Source: an uncultured Spirochaetota bacterium (GTDB lineage: Bacteria > Spirochaetota > Spirochaetia > SZUA-6 > CAVTHK01). Taken from it: a stretch of DNA of 64,000 bases. The notes under the pieces are model-generated. The model was not told the origin of the DNA and did no database searches. It worked only from the letters and a program-made list of their open reading frames with translations. Location of the stretch: positions 736,001 to 800,000 of the forward strand of contig CAVTHK010000011.1 in assembly GCA_963734495.1 (NCBI GenBank). Reading direction: 5' to 3'. Positions 19,429-33,364 of the stretch are shown in pieces; position 1 is the stretch's first letter; every line of letters begins with the position of its first letter. The translations under genes and the position numbers were made by a program.

Positions 19429-19662
19429 ACGGGACCGATTATAGGTTTGCTCGCGGCCGCGCGCAAACATGCGCCAACGGCGCTGCCTCTCCGGGCCGCC
19501 GGCGCCGCAGCGCCGCGCGCCGCCGCGGTGCGCGCGATCCGCCGCGGGCCCGGCAGGTTTCCCGCCGGCGCGGGCGCTGCCGGGACCCCGGCGCGCCGCG
19601 CCCCGGCGGCGCCGCCCCGCGAGCCGCGGCGGCTCGGTCGGGGCGGCGGGCGCCTTGCGCCT

Positions 19663-21950
<2,288 letters not shown>

Positions 21951-22088
21951 GAGGCAAGACCTCCATTTCAGACTGCTGATGAAAGACGAGACGTGAGAAG
22001 ATCTATCCCCCCGGCCGGTGGTGTGTCAACGGCCGGAGGGACAGGTTTGGTGAGTGTTTGTGCTTGAGGGCGGTGAAATGCGCGGCGC

Positions 22089-22853
22089 TTACTGCGAAGC
22101 CGAGCGCCACCACACGTAATGCTTAGTCTGCAGGTCAGCTTGCGGCGGCATCGGGTAGAAACGGACTCCGCCGTCGCCGCCGAGGTAGAACCCGGTGTCG
22201 ACCGTGCGGTAAGGGAATCCCACCGGCGCGATCCTGTCCACGGTCTTGCTCAGCTTTTCGGGAGCGCCCTTGAGCTCGGCGAGGCAGGAACGCAGGTGAT
22301 CGATGTTGGGGTACGGGAGATCGTCCGCCTTGCCCTTTTCGGGATCTTCGGCGAGCCGGTCCAGCTTGAGGTCCGCGAAGAAGATGCGCGGGACGTGGAT
22401 GCTCCTCCTGGGATCGGTCATGAACGCGGCGAACTTGGCGGGGTCGAGCGTGCTCACGACGCGCGGGTCGACCGGGCAGATCTCCTGGTAGAGCTTGTAG
22501 CGATGCGGCGCTTCGGCGATCGTCTTCGACGGCGCGATCTCCAGCACGCGCCCGTCGCGTGTCGCGAGGTAGAGGTTGCCGATGGCCGAGAGGGGAACGT
22601 GCTCCAGCGCGCGGTAGACCGAAAGATACACGGAATGCTTCGGCTCGCCGTTCGCGTGGGGCACGCAGCGGTCGTCGATCTCCGACATCGGAAAGTAGCT
22701 GCTGGAAAAATTGCGGTCGACCGCGAAGTACATCGCCTCTCCCCGCGCCTTCTTCTGGGTTCCGACCGCGAAGTACGTGCCGAACTCGTTCGGGGGAAGC
22801 ATCGACGCGATCAGGGCCTCGGGAATCATAGAGAGATACAGATGTACCGCCAT
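22089..22853 (-). CDS. Hypothetical protein
   Basis: Clean 254-aa ORF starting MAVHLYLSMIPEAL, GGAGG RBS, typical codon usage; no motif recognised. Confidence 0.7.
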   Translation of the reverse strand: MAVHLYLSMIPEALIASMLPPNEFGTYFAVGTQKKARGEAMYFAVDRNFSSSYFPMSEIDDRCVPHANGEPKHSVYLSVYRALEHVPLSAIGNLYLATRDGRVLEIAPSKTIAEAPHRYKLYQEICPVDPRVVSTLDPAKFAAFMTDPRRSIHVPRIFFADLKLDRLAEDPEKGKADDLPYPNIDHLRSCLAELKGAPEKLSKTVDRIAPVGFPYRTVDTGFYLGGDGGVRFYPMPPQADLQTKHYVWWRSASQ

Positions 22854-23046
22854 ATTTACCTCCACATCGTGTGTTCGGTGCGCCGTCAAGCGCTGCCGTC
22901 GCACTCTCATTGTAAGCAGGAAAGGGCGCGGCGGCAAAACGAATCGTGCAATGAAACGCGGAGAGAGCTGGAAAAAAGTTGAAGGCAGTCTTCGGCCGCG
23001 GAGGCCGACCACGCGGGAGAGCTGTCGCTGCGGAACAGTCCCGCCG

Positions 23047-24109
23047 CTACCTGATCGCGAGCATCCGCTCGACGGAGGCGAGCGCCCTGACTCTCACGTC
23101 CTCGTCGAGGTCGACGACGTAGCGGGTCTCGCGCAGCGAGGCGAGGGTGTCCTCGAGGGTGATCTCCTGCATGTGCGGGCAGCGGTGGCTGCAGAGGCGC
23201 AGCATCTCCTTGTGCGGGTTCTCCGCGGCGATGTTGTCGCCCATGCTGCACTCGGTGAGCAGGAGGTAGCGCGGCGCCTTGACCTCGCGCACGTAGCGGA
23301 TCATGGCCGCCGTGCTGCCCGTAAAGTCGGACGCCGCGCAGACCTCGGGGCTGCATTCGGGATGCGCGAGCACGACCACGTCGGGGAACTGGCGGCGCAC
23401 GACCGCTATGTCCTCGACGGTGAACAGCTCGTGCACCTCGCAGCGGCCCTTCCACCCGATCATCTGGTAGTCCAGCGCCTTGTCCCGGGCGGCCGCGGGC
23501 CGCGGCTTCTTCGCGGGGAAGATGATGCGCTTGCCGGTCTCCCTGGCGACGTTGCTCGCGAGGTACTCGTCGGGGAGAAAGATGACCGTCTGCGAGCCCA
23601 GCGACGCGACCACCCGGGCCGCGTTGCCGGACGTGCAGCAGATGTCGCTCTCCGCCTTGACGTCGGCGTACGTGTTGATGTAGGTCACCACCGGAACACC
23701 GGGAAAGCGCGCCTTGAGGTCGCGCACGTCCTGCGCCGTGATGCTCTCGGCGAGCGAGCAGCCGGCGCGCGGGGAGGGGATCAGCACCGTCTTCTCGGGG
23801 TTGAGGATCTTGGCGGTCTCCGCCATGAAGCGGACGCCGCAGAACACGATGATGTCCTTGTCGGTCTTCGCCGCGGCGCGGCACAGCTCGAGGGAGTCGC
23901 CGGTGAAGTCGGGGATCGAGTGGTAGAGGGCCGCCTCCATGTAGTTGTGGCCCAGGATGACCGCGTTGCGTTCCTCCTTGAGCCGATTGATCTCCGCGGC
24001 GAGCTCGGCCTTGACCCTGCAGCTCGACGTCCGGCACGACATCTATCAGTTTTGCGCGCAGGCTCTCGTAGATCTTCTGCGCGGATGAAAGCGTATTCAC
24101 GACTGGCAT
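23047..24109 (-). CDS. nadA: Quinolinate synthase (frameshift near 24020)
   Basis: LGHNY, GDSL, FCGVRFMAE, AGCSLA, YINT, CCTSGNA, AHPEC, CPHM. Confidence 0.92.
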
Positions 24110-24318
24110 CCAATCGCTCCTGGATTCACTATTGCCTCAATAAGCTACTCTGGAAGGTTTTCCACCGTCAACTCGGCCGAACGGCCGGGTAGGCCCGCGC
24201 GGCGCCCGCTGGAGCGGGTGCGCGGGCGGCGCCCGCGATGCGCGCCGGGCGTCCATTCCGTCCGCGGCCGCCGGGGTGGGCTTGCTACGGCCCGCTGCCG
24301 TCCCTATCATACCGCCCT

Positions 24319-25158
24319 ATGGATTGGGAGCGCGTCGATCCGCTCATCCGCATGGCCCTCGACGAGGACCTCGGCACCGACGGCGACGTCACTTCGCTGG
24401 CGATCTTCGCCGACGAACGCCGAGAGTGCAGGCTGGTAAGCAAGGACACGGGCGTGCTGGCGGGCGCCGCCGTGTTCGAGAGGGTGTTCCACCTGGTCGA
24501 CGACCGCTCGCGCGTTCGATTCCGCTTCGAGGATGGCGCCTCCCTCACGCCCGGCATGGAGGTGGCCGAGATCGGCGGGCTTGCGACGAGCGTGCTTGCG
24601 TCGGAGCGAGTGGCGCTCAACTTCGTCTCGTTCCTCTCGGGCATCGCCACCCAGGCGCGCGACTTCGTCGCCGCCGCCGCCGGCAGAGTGGAGATCCTGG
24701 ACACGCGCAAGACCCTGCCCGGGTTCCGCGCCCTGTCCAAGTATGCCGTACGGGCGGGCGGCGCGCGCAACCACCGGGATGGGCTGCACGACATGGTCCT
24801 GATCAAGGACAATCACATCGACATGGCCGGCTCGATCCCGGTCGCCGTGGAGCGCGTGCGGCGCAGGTGGGGCAGCCGCTTCCGCGTGGAGGTCGAGTGC
24901 CGGACCGAAGACGAGGTGCGCGAGGCGATCGACGCCGGCGCGGACATCGTGATGCTCGACAACATGAGCCGGGACCGGATGGCCGCCGCCCTGCGCCTGC
25001 GGCGCGGCGCGGTCAAGTTCGAGATCTCCGGAAACATGACCCTCGATAAGGTGCGCGACCTGGCGGGTCTGGGCGCGGATTACATCTCCGTGGGCAGCAT
25101 CACCCATTCGGTGCGCCGCTTCGACTTCTCGCTCGTCACACCGAGGGAGGCTGCATGA
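24319..25158 (+). CDS. nadC: Nicotinate-nucleotide diphosphorylase (carboxylating)
   Basis: DTRKTLPG, NHR, LIKDNH, EVE, MLDNM, ISVGSITHS. Confidence 0.93.
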   Translation: MDWERVDPLIRMALDEDLGTDGDVTSLAIFADERRECRLVSKDTGVLAGAAVFERVFHLVDDRSRVRFRFEDGASLTPGMEVAEIGGLATSVLASERVALNFVSFLSGIATQARDFVAAAAGRVEILDTRKTLPGFRALSKYAVRAGGARNHRDGLHDMVLIKDNHIDMAGSIPVAVERVRRRWGSRFRVEVECRTEDEVREAIDAGADIVMLDNMSRDRMAAALRLRRGAVKFEISGNMTLDKVRDLAGLGADYISVGSITHSVRRFDFSLVTPREAA

Positions 25159-26747
25159 GTGATGGGGCGCGGCAGAACGGGGGCGCCGCCGAGCGGCGGC
25201 AGTTCGACCTGCTGGTCATCGGCAGCGGCATCGCGGGGCTCACGGCGGCGATCAGCGCCGCCGAGCGCGGCCTGTCCGTCGCCGTGGTCTCCAAGGAAGA
25301 CGCGCTGCGGGACACCAACACCCGCTGGGCGCAGGGGGGGATCGTCGGAAGGGGAGAGCAGGACTCGCCGGAGCTCCTGGTGCAGGACATCATGGCGGCC
25401 GGCGACCAGGTCGGGTGCCTCGACGCGGTGCGCCTGCTCGCCGACGAGGCCCCCGCCATGGTCGACCGTTTCCTCGCCGAGAAGATTGGCGTGGCCTTTT
25501 CGCGCGAGCCCGGCGGGGCGATCGACCTCACGATGGAGGCGGCCCACTCCGTGCGCCGCATCTACCACGCCATGGACCACACGGGCGAGGCGATCGAGAC
25601 GGCTCTGCTGCGCTACCTGGCCGGCGTCCGCGGCGTGCAGACCCTTACCGGACACACCGCGATCGACCTCGTCACGAACACGCACAACTCGACCGATGCG
25701 CAGGAACGGTACAAGGGCACGCGCGTCATCGGCGCGTACGTGCTCGACAACTCCACGGCCGCGGTGCGCGTGTTCTTCGCCCCGACCGTAGTGCTCGCCA
25801 CCGGCGGGGTCGGGAACCTGTACCTGCACACCTCGAACCCCGTGGGCGCCACGGGCGACGGGGTGGCCATGGCGCACCGCATCGGCGCCGAGGTGCTCAA
25901 CGCCGAGTACATCCAGTTCCACCCGACGATCCTCTACCACAAGGACGTCAAGCGCTTCCTCATCTCGGAGTCGCTGCGCGGCGAAGGGGCGCGCCTCTCG
26001 AATCAGCGCGGCGAGTTCTTCATGGACCGTTACGCGCCCGAGGAGCGCGACCTCGCCAGCCGCGACAAGGTCGCCCGCGCGATCTACGCGGAGATGGAGA
26101 ACGAGAACTCGGAATACGTCAGGCTCGACGCGCGCACCATCAAGGGGATGTCGGTCGAAGAGCGCTTTCCGCTGATCTTCAGCACTTGCCTCGAGCTGGG
26201 GATCGACATGCGCAAGGAGCCGATTCCGGTCGTGCCCGCCGCGCACTACTTCTGCGGCGGCATCAAGGTCGATCTCGAAGGCCGCACCTCCATCCCGGGC
26301 CTGTACGCGGTCGGCGAGTGTTCCTGCACCGGGGTCCACGGCGCCAACCGCCTGGCCTCCGTCTCGCTGCTCGAGGGGCTGTACTGGGGCGCGCGCATCG
26401 GGCTTCACGCGGTCCGCGGCGAGGTCGATCCCCGTCTCCAGGCCGCGACGCCCGACTGGTTCTATCCGAAGGACGAAGAGGTGTTCGACCCGGTGCTCGT
26501 GAACCAGGATTTCCGCACGATCCAGTCCACGATGTGGAACTACGCGGGGATCATTCGCACCGCGAAGCGCCTTCAGAGGGCGCTCGCCGACCTGAACTAC
26601 CTCACGCACCGCATCGAGCAGTTCTACCGGGAGGCGAAGCTCACGCGCGGCATCATCGAGCTGCGCAACGGCGTCGTCGCCGCGGAGCTCATCGTGCAGG
26701 CGGCCCTGGCCAACCGGGTGTCGCGAGGCTGCCACTACATCGAGTAG
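25155..26747 (+). CDS. nadB: L-aspartate oxidase
   Basis: GSGIAG, WAQGG, EAAHS, QFHPT, ESLRGEG, HGANRLAS, SRGCHY; adjacent to nadC. Confidence 0.92.
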   Translation: MSDGARQNGGAAERRQFDLLVIGSGIAGLTAAISAAERGLSVAVVSKEDALRDTNTRWAQGGIVGRGEQDSPELLVQDIMAAGDQVGCLDAVRLLADEAPAMVDRFLAEKIGVAFSREPGGAIDLTMEAAHSVRRIYHAMDHTGEAIETALLRYLAGVRGVQTLTGHTAIDLVTNTHNSTDAQERYKGTRVIGAYVLDNSTAAVRVFFAPTVVLATGGVGNLYLHTSNPVGATGDGVAMAHRIGAEVLNAEYIQFHPTILYHKDVKRFLISESLRGEGARLSNQRGEFFMDRYAPEERDLASRDKVARAIYAEMENENSEYVRLDARTIKGMSVEERFPLIFSTCLELGIDMRKEPIPVVPAAHYFCGGIKVDLEGRTSIPGLYAVGECSCTGVHGANRLASVSLLEGLYWGARIGLHAVRGEVDPRLQAATPDWFYPKDEEVFDPVLVNQDFRTIQSTMWNYAGIIRTAKRLQRALADLNYLTHRIEQFYREAKLTRGIIELRNGVVAAELIVQAALANRVSRGCHYIE

Positions 26748-27849
26748 AGCGGCCCGTCAGCCGCCGGCGGCCTCCGGGAGCGGCGACGCGGCCCAGCACG
26801 AACATCGTCGGGTACACGCCGCTGGTCTCGACGACGCGCGCGTGCAGGATGCGGAAACCGCCGAACTGCCGCACCACGCGGTTGAACGCGGCCCGCTGCT
26901 TGCCGACGAGGATCACCATGCGCCCCTCGGAGACGAGCACCTTCCACGCCGCCTCGAGGAAGCGGATGTACAGCCCGTGAAAGTTCACGTTGCGGCCCAT
27001 GCGGATGCCGTAGGGCGGGTCGGTGACGACCGCGTCGAACCAGCCGGGCGGGTAGGCGTCCGCGAGGTCACGCGCGTCGAGGCACCGGACGGTCGCCCTC
27101 GCCTCCAGCCCCGCGGCGCGGAGGTTCTCGGCGGCGCCCGCCACCGCCTGCGGGTTGTAGTCGGAGCCGTGGATCTCGAAGCCCGGGAGGACGTGGCCGG
27201 CCTCGAGCAGGATGTTGCCTGAGCCGCAGAACGGGTCGAGCACGCGGCCGCGCCGGCCGTGCAGGCCGCAGAGGGCGAGCATGGCGAAGGCCACCGTCGG
27301 ACGCAGCGTGACGCGCGGCTGGTAGATCTTCTCGTACCGCTTGTCCATGCGCTCGTCGGTGAGCTGGATGCCCACCAGGCAGAGGCTCTCCACGACGTCG
27401 ACGCGCACGTTGACTTCGAAGTCCCGCAGGTCCACCGGGACGCCGTAGCGTTCGAGGAGCACCGCGCCCGCGGCCCTCTGCACGTCCACGCTGCCGAACT
27501 CCTGCTCGCCCACGCGCACGGTCGTCACGCGGAAGCTGCGGGCGCCTTGGAGCTCCGGGATATCGACGCCGCGCAGGCGGAGAGCCAGCGCCTCGAGCGG
27601 CGACTGCTCCGGCAGCGTGAACCAGGCGCGATGCTCGATGACGTGGCCCACCGAGCGCATCGCGCGCACGACGGCAAGGACGGGGTCGAGGGCGTGAGGC
27701 ATCTCGACGAGCACGTTTCCGGCGAGGCCGAACGGCTTGCGCTCGCTGGCGAGCAGCTCGAGACCGGCGTCGCGCAGCAGGCCGCGCAGCTCGGTCTCCA
27801 CGACGTCTTCGAGCCCGGGATTGGTGGTGAGTCGGAGGACGGTGCCCAC
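26689..27849 (-). CDS. THUMP-domain RNA methyltransferase
   Basis: N-terminal THUMP-like region (SFRVTTVRVG), LDPFCGSG, TDPPYG. Confidence 0.8.
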   Translation of the reverse strand: MGTVLRLTTNPGLEDVVETELRGLLRDAGLELLASERKPFGLAGNVLVEMPHALDPVLAVVRAMRSVGHVIEHRAWFTLPEQSPLEALALRLRGVDIPELQGARSFRVTTVRVGEQEFGSVDVQRAAGAVLLERYGVPVDLRDFEVNVRVDVVESLCLVGIQLTDERMDKRYEKIYQPRVTLRPTVAFAMLALCGLHGRRGRVLDPFCGSGNILLEAGHVLPGFEIHGSDYNPQAVAGAAENLRAAGLEARATVRCLDARDLADAYPPGWFDAVVTDPPYGIRMGRNVNFHGLYIRFLEAAWKVLVSEGRMVILVGKQRAAFNRVVRQFGGFRILHARVVETSGVYPTMFVLGRVAAPGGRRRLTGRSTRCSGSLATPGWPGPPAR

Positions 27850-27936
27850 TGCCCCCAGCCTAACCCATGTTGCGCGCGCTGAACATGGGCGGATCAGAGG
27901 TGAGGCCCAAGGGCCGCGCGCCGGAAAGGCGGCGCG

Positions 27937-28970
<1,034 letters not shown>

Positions 28971-28974
<4 letters not shown>

Positions 28975-29943
28975 GCGGCCCGCTCCGTGAGCCGGCTGAC
29001 CGCGTCGGCGAGGATCGTGCGCTCGCGGACGTCCGGCAGCCGCTCGACGAGGCGCAGCGCGCGCTCGCTGTAGCGGCGGGCGACCTGCCTGGCGCGCTCG
29101 ACCGCCCGGCTCTCGCGCAGGATCTGCAGGATGCGGCCGATCGAGCCGCCGTCGTCTTCCTGCTCGTCGAGCAGGCGCTCGAGCTCGGAGCGGGCGGGCG
29201 ACGCGAGGGCGTAGACGACGGGCAGCGTGTACACTCCGTTGCGCAGGTCCTGGCCCACGGGCTTGCCGATGCGCTCCGCGTCGCCGTCGACGTCGAGGAT
29301 GTCGTCCACGATCTGGAACGACATGCCGAGGTAGCGCCCGACCCGCGCGAGCTGCTCGCAGAGCTCGGCGGAGCACCCGCTCTCCGTCGCCCCCAGCCGG
29401 AAGCAGGCGGAGAACAGGGCCGCGGTCTTGCCGTCTATCCTGCGGAAGTAGTCGCCCGGCTCCAGCGAGATTCCGTGCTCCGAGGCCACCTCGCGCACCT
29501 CGCCGGCGCAGATGCGCGACGCGGTGCGCGCGAACGTCTGCGCCGTCGGCAGGCTGGCGTGGGCGGCCATGGTGAAGAAGCTGCGCGCGAGCAGCCAGTC
29601 GCCCGCGAGCACCGCGTCCCGCGTGCCGAGGCGGCTGGCCACCGAGGGCTTCCCGCGCCGCAGCTCCGCGCCGTCGACGATGTCATCGTGCACCAGCGTG
29701 GCGATGTGGAAGAGCTCGACGCCCGCGGCGAGCTGGCAGAGGCGCTCCTCGTCGCAACGGCCGAAACGGCCGCCGAGGATGACGAAGCCGGGGCGCAGGA
29801 GCTTGCCTCCGTCGTTGAGGAGCTCCTCGATCGCCGGCCCCCAGCGGGGCCGGCACGCCGCCCCCGCTTTCGCGCAGGATGGCCCGCGTTCGCGTGATCG
29901 CCGAGGAGAGGGGAGAATAGCCGTCCCAGAAGCTGCCGTTCAT
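28971..29943 (-). CDS. Polyprenyl diphosphate synthase (frameshift near 29840)
   Basis: GGKLLRP, HDDIVD..RRG, KTA, FQIVDDILD, GKP motifs. Confidence 0.85.
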
Positions 29944-29968
29944 CCCGCGGGCCGGGCGTCCGACGGCG

Positions 29969-31984
29969 TCAGTCGACGTACAGGTGCGTGCGACGGGCAA
30001 TCTTCGTGTGGCTCCACCAGTGCTTGAGCCACGGCATCACCCAGTAGTCGAGGCTCAGGGTCCGTCCGGCTCCGCCCATAATGGCGATTGCCGCGAAAAA
30101 GTACCAGAGGATCTCCCAGCCCGCCATGGACGAGACCGTGAACATCACGCAGAGCACCAGCGACACGGCGGCGGCCGGAAACGTGAGCAGGCCGCCGATG
30201 AGCGCCAGCCCGATCGCCGTCTCCGCGAGCACGACCCCCGCCTGGAAGAGGTATGGGAAGAGGGTGATGATGTGGTCGGCGAACCAGGTGTAGATCCCGA
30301 GCGGCTTCGCCAGGATCGGAATGATCTGCGCCGCCGCCCCGGCGGCCGTCGCCGCTGCGGCGCCTGTAGCCGCGGTGACCGCGTCCGCGGCCGGCGCCGC
30401 GGCCTGGGCCGCGGCCCCCGTCGCCGCGCTGGTCGCCTCGGCGCCGCCGGCAGCGGCCGCGCCCGTGGCGGCCGACACCGCCGACGCCGCGATGATCTTG
30501 ATGTTGGCGGGATCGAGCCACCCGCCGAGGATCTTGGTGACGCCTTCGATGAGCCACTTGGCGCCCACGAAGATGCGCAGGGGGAAGAGCCAGAAGGCCC
30601 CCGCCTTGGCCGCCGCCAGCCCCCCGATCAGGGAGCGGCGGTCCGGGATCTCGAAGAACTGGTCGCGCACGTAGCTCCACACCGTGTTCAGGCCGCCCAT
30701 GCCCCACAGGTAGTGGACGTTCACGAGGTGCTTCATGGCCATGGCGGGGAAGCCCCACAGCGGGACGCCCGCCAGGTGCGCCACGGCGTACCGGCTGCCG
30801 ATCGAGACCATGTGGCCGTGGTAGTTGCTTCGGAACTGCTTCTTCTCCTCGCCCGTCGTGTCCGCGATGATGTTGTGGACGGCGATCTCGGCAGACTGGA
30901 TGGCGGTCTCGACGATCTGCGGGACCGGCTTGGTGTTCTTGAACTCCGTGTGGTTTTCCACGTAGTACATGTTGTCGCCGATGAGGTAGACGTTGTCGTA
31001 GTCCACGGACTGCATGAAGTCGTTGGCCAGCAGCCGTCCCCTCTTGCCGTTGACGTGCCGCGTCTCTATGGCGTAGCGGCTCACGTACTGGCACTCGCGC
31101 AGCCCGCAGCTCCCTTTGGCCTTCGCGATCTCGCAGTGGGGGTTGGTGCACCGGCCCTTGGTCAGGTCCAGGTTGGCCGCGAACTCGCTTCCCATCACTC
31201 CGCAGGTCCAGACCACGGTCTCGCTCTTGAGGACCTCGCCGTCGGCAAAGGCGACCTCGCCGGCCTTGCACTCGACGATGGCCTTGCGCAGCATGATCTC
31301 CGTGCCGTGGCGCTGCAGGTAGCGGGTGGCGCGGGCCTGCAGCTTCGGCGGCAGGATCGGCAGCACGCTCGGCAGCGCCTCGACGAGCAGGATGCGGACC
31401 TCCTGGCGCGGGATGCCGTACAGGCGGCACAGCTTGGCGCGCCACTCGATCAGCTCCCCGATCATCTCGACGCCCGTAAAGCCCGCCCCGGCCACGACGA
31501 ACGTGAGCAGCGCGCGGCGCTTGTTCGGGTCGGTCTCCTTGGAGGCCCGGTGATAGACCTCGCGGATGTGATCGCGGAGCCGGACCGCGTCCTCCATCGA
31601 CCAGAGGGCGAAGGAGTGCTCGGCCACGCCCGGCAGGTTGAAGGTCTCGGGCTCGCCGCCCGAAGCGAGAACGAGGTAGTCGTAGGCGTACTCGTGCTCG
31701 GGAGAGCGCGCGATCCGCGACTCGAAATCGATCTTGTCGATGCGGTCGAGGACGACCCGGACCTTTCCGTTCGGGAAGAGGCTCTCGAAGGGCACGCGGA
31801 CGGCGAAGGATTCGACCCGGCCCCCCGCCACTTCGTGCAGCTCCGTCATGAGCGTGTGGTACGGCTTCTTGTCGACCAGTGTGATCTCGAGCTCACCCTT
31901 CCTGCTGCGCTTCTCCAGCCTGTGCGCCGCTTCGACGCCCGCGTAACCACCGCCGATGATCAAAACCCGTTTCGCGCAATCCAT
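29969..31984 (-). CDS. ndh: Type II NADH dehydrogenase fused to C-terminal DoxX-like membrane domain
   Basis: GGGYAG and GAGFTG Rossmann motifs; C-terminal LRIFVG..W..EG..K and E..IGL.LIGGL TM domain. Confidence 0.85.
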   Translation of the reverse strand: MDCAKRVLIIGGGYAGVEAAHRLEKRSRKGELEITLVDKKPYHTLMTELHEVAGGRVESFAVRVPFESLFPNGKVRVVLDRIDKIDFESRIARSPEHEYAYDYLVLASGGEPETFNLPGVAEHSFALWSMEDAVRLRDHIREVYHRASKETDPNKRRALLTFVVAGAGFTGVEMIGELIEWRAKLCRLYGIPRQEVRILLVEALPSVLPILPPKLQARATRYLQRHGTEIMLRKAIVECKAGEVAFADGEVLKSETVVWTCGVMGSEFAANLDLTKGRCTNPHCEIAKAKGSCGLRECQYVSRYAIETRHVNGKRGRLLANDFMQSVDYDNVYLIGDNMYYVENHTEFKNTKPVPQIVETAIQSAEIAVHNIIADTTGEEKKQFRSNYHGHMVSIGSRYAVAHLAGVPLWGFPAMAMKHLVNVHYLWGMGGLNTVWSYVRDQFFEIPDRRSLIGGLAAAKAGAFWLFPLRIFVGAKWLIEGVTKILGGWLDPANIKIIAASAVSAATGAAAAGGAEATSAATGAAAQAAAPAADAVTAATGAAAATAAGAAAQIIPILAKPLGIYTWFADHIITLFPYLFQAGVVLAETAIGLALIGGLLTFPAAAVSLVLCVMFTVSSMAGWEILWYFFAAIAIMGGAGRTLSLDYWVMPWLKHWWSHTKIARRTHLYVD

Positions 31985-32285
31985 GTGTGTGCTCCCAAGG
32001 CGATCAGCCCGGCCCGCTCCGAATTTCATACGCCGTCGATCACCAAGAATTTCCGTTTGTCAATTCGATCTTCTTTGTCTTAGTGCCCGGAGGGCGAAGG
32101 AAGTCGGGCCCACTCTACGGGGGAGGGCCTTTGACTGTCAAGTAACTCGTGAATGCAGGAACGGTTTGGTCCGAAATCGACCTCGCGGCGGAGGCGATTG
32201 TCTGGTTTTCATGGATCACGGGGCGTCGGCAGCCCTTGCGCGGAGGTTCCGAGGTGCTTTGATCGACCCATTGAGAAGTATCATA

Positions 32286-32314
32286 TTGACGACTCGTTCA
32301 CGATATCTTAGGCT
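32286..32314 (+). promoter_or_regulatory. sigma70-type promoter of rex with possible Rex half-site
   Basis: TTGACG-17 bp-TAGGCT; TTCACGA in the spacer resembles the Rex half-site TTCACAA. Confidence 0.5.
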
Positions 32315-32466
32315 AGTGCAGCGTGCCGCCGGGCGGCCGCCTGCCGGGGACCTCGGCGCCTCGGGGGGCCCGGACGGGCCGATGCGGGCTGGTCGCCGCA
32401 GAAAGCGAGGCACGCGCTCCCCCGGCTGCGGGACGCGAGGCTCAGGCGCGCCCGAAGGCAGGTGCC

Positions 32467-33117
32467 GTGAGACCCAAGGAAAGCATTCCGGAACAGACGC
32501 TGCGGCGGATCCCTCACTACCACCAGATCCTCTCGGACCTCGAGGCGCAGGGGCGGCAATTGATCTCCTCCAGTTATCTCTCGCGGTTCTTCCGCGTGCA
32601 CGACACCCAGGTCCGCAAGGACGTATCCGTGATCGGCTATCGCGGAAGGCCCAAGGCGGGGTACTCGGTCTCCGGCCTCAGGCAGGCCATCGGCGATTTT
32701 CTGGGCATCAACCTGCAGAACACCGCGATCCTCATCGGAGCCGGCAAGCTCGGCAGCGCCCTCTGCGGCTATCCGGGGCTCGCCGAGTACGGCCTTCACA
32801 TTGTCGGGGTCTTCGACAACGACCCGGCCAAGACGGGTCAGCGGGTGGCCGCCTTCGCCATCCAGGCCCTGGACGCGCTTCCCCAGTTTCTCTCCGGGCG
32901 AGGGGTGGGGATCGCGATCCTGACCGTGCCCAAGGAGGCGGCCCAGGGCGTCGCGGACCTGACGATCAGCCTGGGGATCCGCGCCATCTGGAATTTCGCC
33001 CCTACGCAGCTCTCCGTGCCGCCGGAGGTGTCCGTCAGGCACGAAAACCTGGCCGTAGGGCTCGCCCTCCTCTCGCACGACCTCAAAAAGAGCCAGCAGC
33101 CCCCCCGCGAGGAGTGA
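32467..33117 (+). CDS. rex: Redox-sensing transcriptional repressor Rex
   Basis: IPEQTLRR, QVRKD, GY.V, GAGKLG, IWNFAP. Confidence 0.92.
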   Translation: MRPKESIPEQTLRRIPHYHQILSDLEAQGRQLISSSYLSRFFRVHDTQVRKDVSVIGYRGRPKAGYSVSGLRQAIGDFLGINLQNTAILIGAGKLGSALCGYPGLAEYGLHIVGVFDNDPAKTGQRVAAFAIQALDALPQFLSGRGVGIAILTVPKEAAQGVADLTISLGIRAIWNFAPTQLSVPPEVSVRHENLAVGLALLSHDLKKSQQPPREE

Positions 33118-33224
33118 CTGGGGGCGTCCCGGGTCTCCGTTCGTGGTCCGGCCGGGCCCTGGGGGCGTTCCCGGGCAGCCGTCGCAGTTTTTCGACTTTT
33201 TTGGCGGACGGCGGCCAAAATCTC

Positions 33225-33252
33225 TTGCGTTTCTTGTGGCCCACGGTATAAT
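33225..33252 (+). promoter_or_regulatory. sigma70 promoter of nrdR-nrdDG operon
   Basis: TTGCGT-16 bp-TATAAT. Confidence 0.65.
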
Positions 33253-33256
33253 CTCC

Positions 33257-33272
33257 CTACAAGATATAGTAG
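33257..33272. promoter_or_regulatory. NrdR box
   Basis: CTACAAGATATAGTAG matches the acaCwAtATaTwGtg consensus, just downstream of the -10 element. Confidence 0.75.
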
Positions 33273-33364
33273 GTGCGGGGTTTGAGCAGGGAGTTGCGCC
33301 ATGGGTGCCCCGGTAAGTCCGCGCCGCAAGTATGAGCAGCCTGCGAGGCCCGGTCCGCTGATCG

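Noticed and set aside
19440-19660. Very GC-rich intergenic stretch as a structured ncRNA
   Set aside because: The hairpin potential is explained by base composition; no recognisable RNA family motif
32146-32303. Full Rex operator in the ndh-rex intergenic region
   Set aside because: Only half-sites (TCGTGAA, TTCACGA) are visible; there is no complete TTGTGAA-N4-TTCACAA
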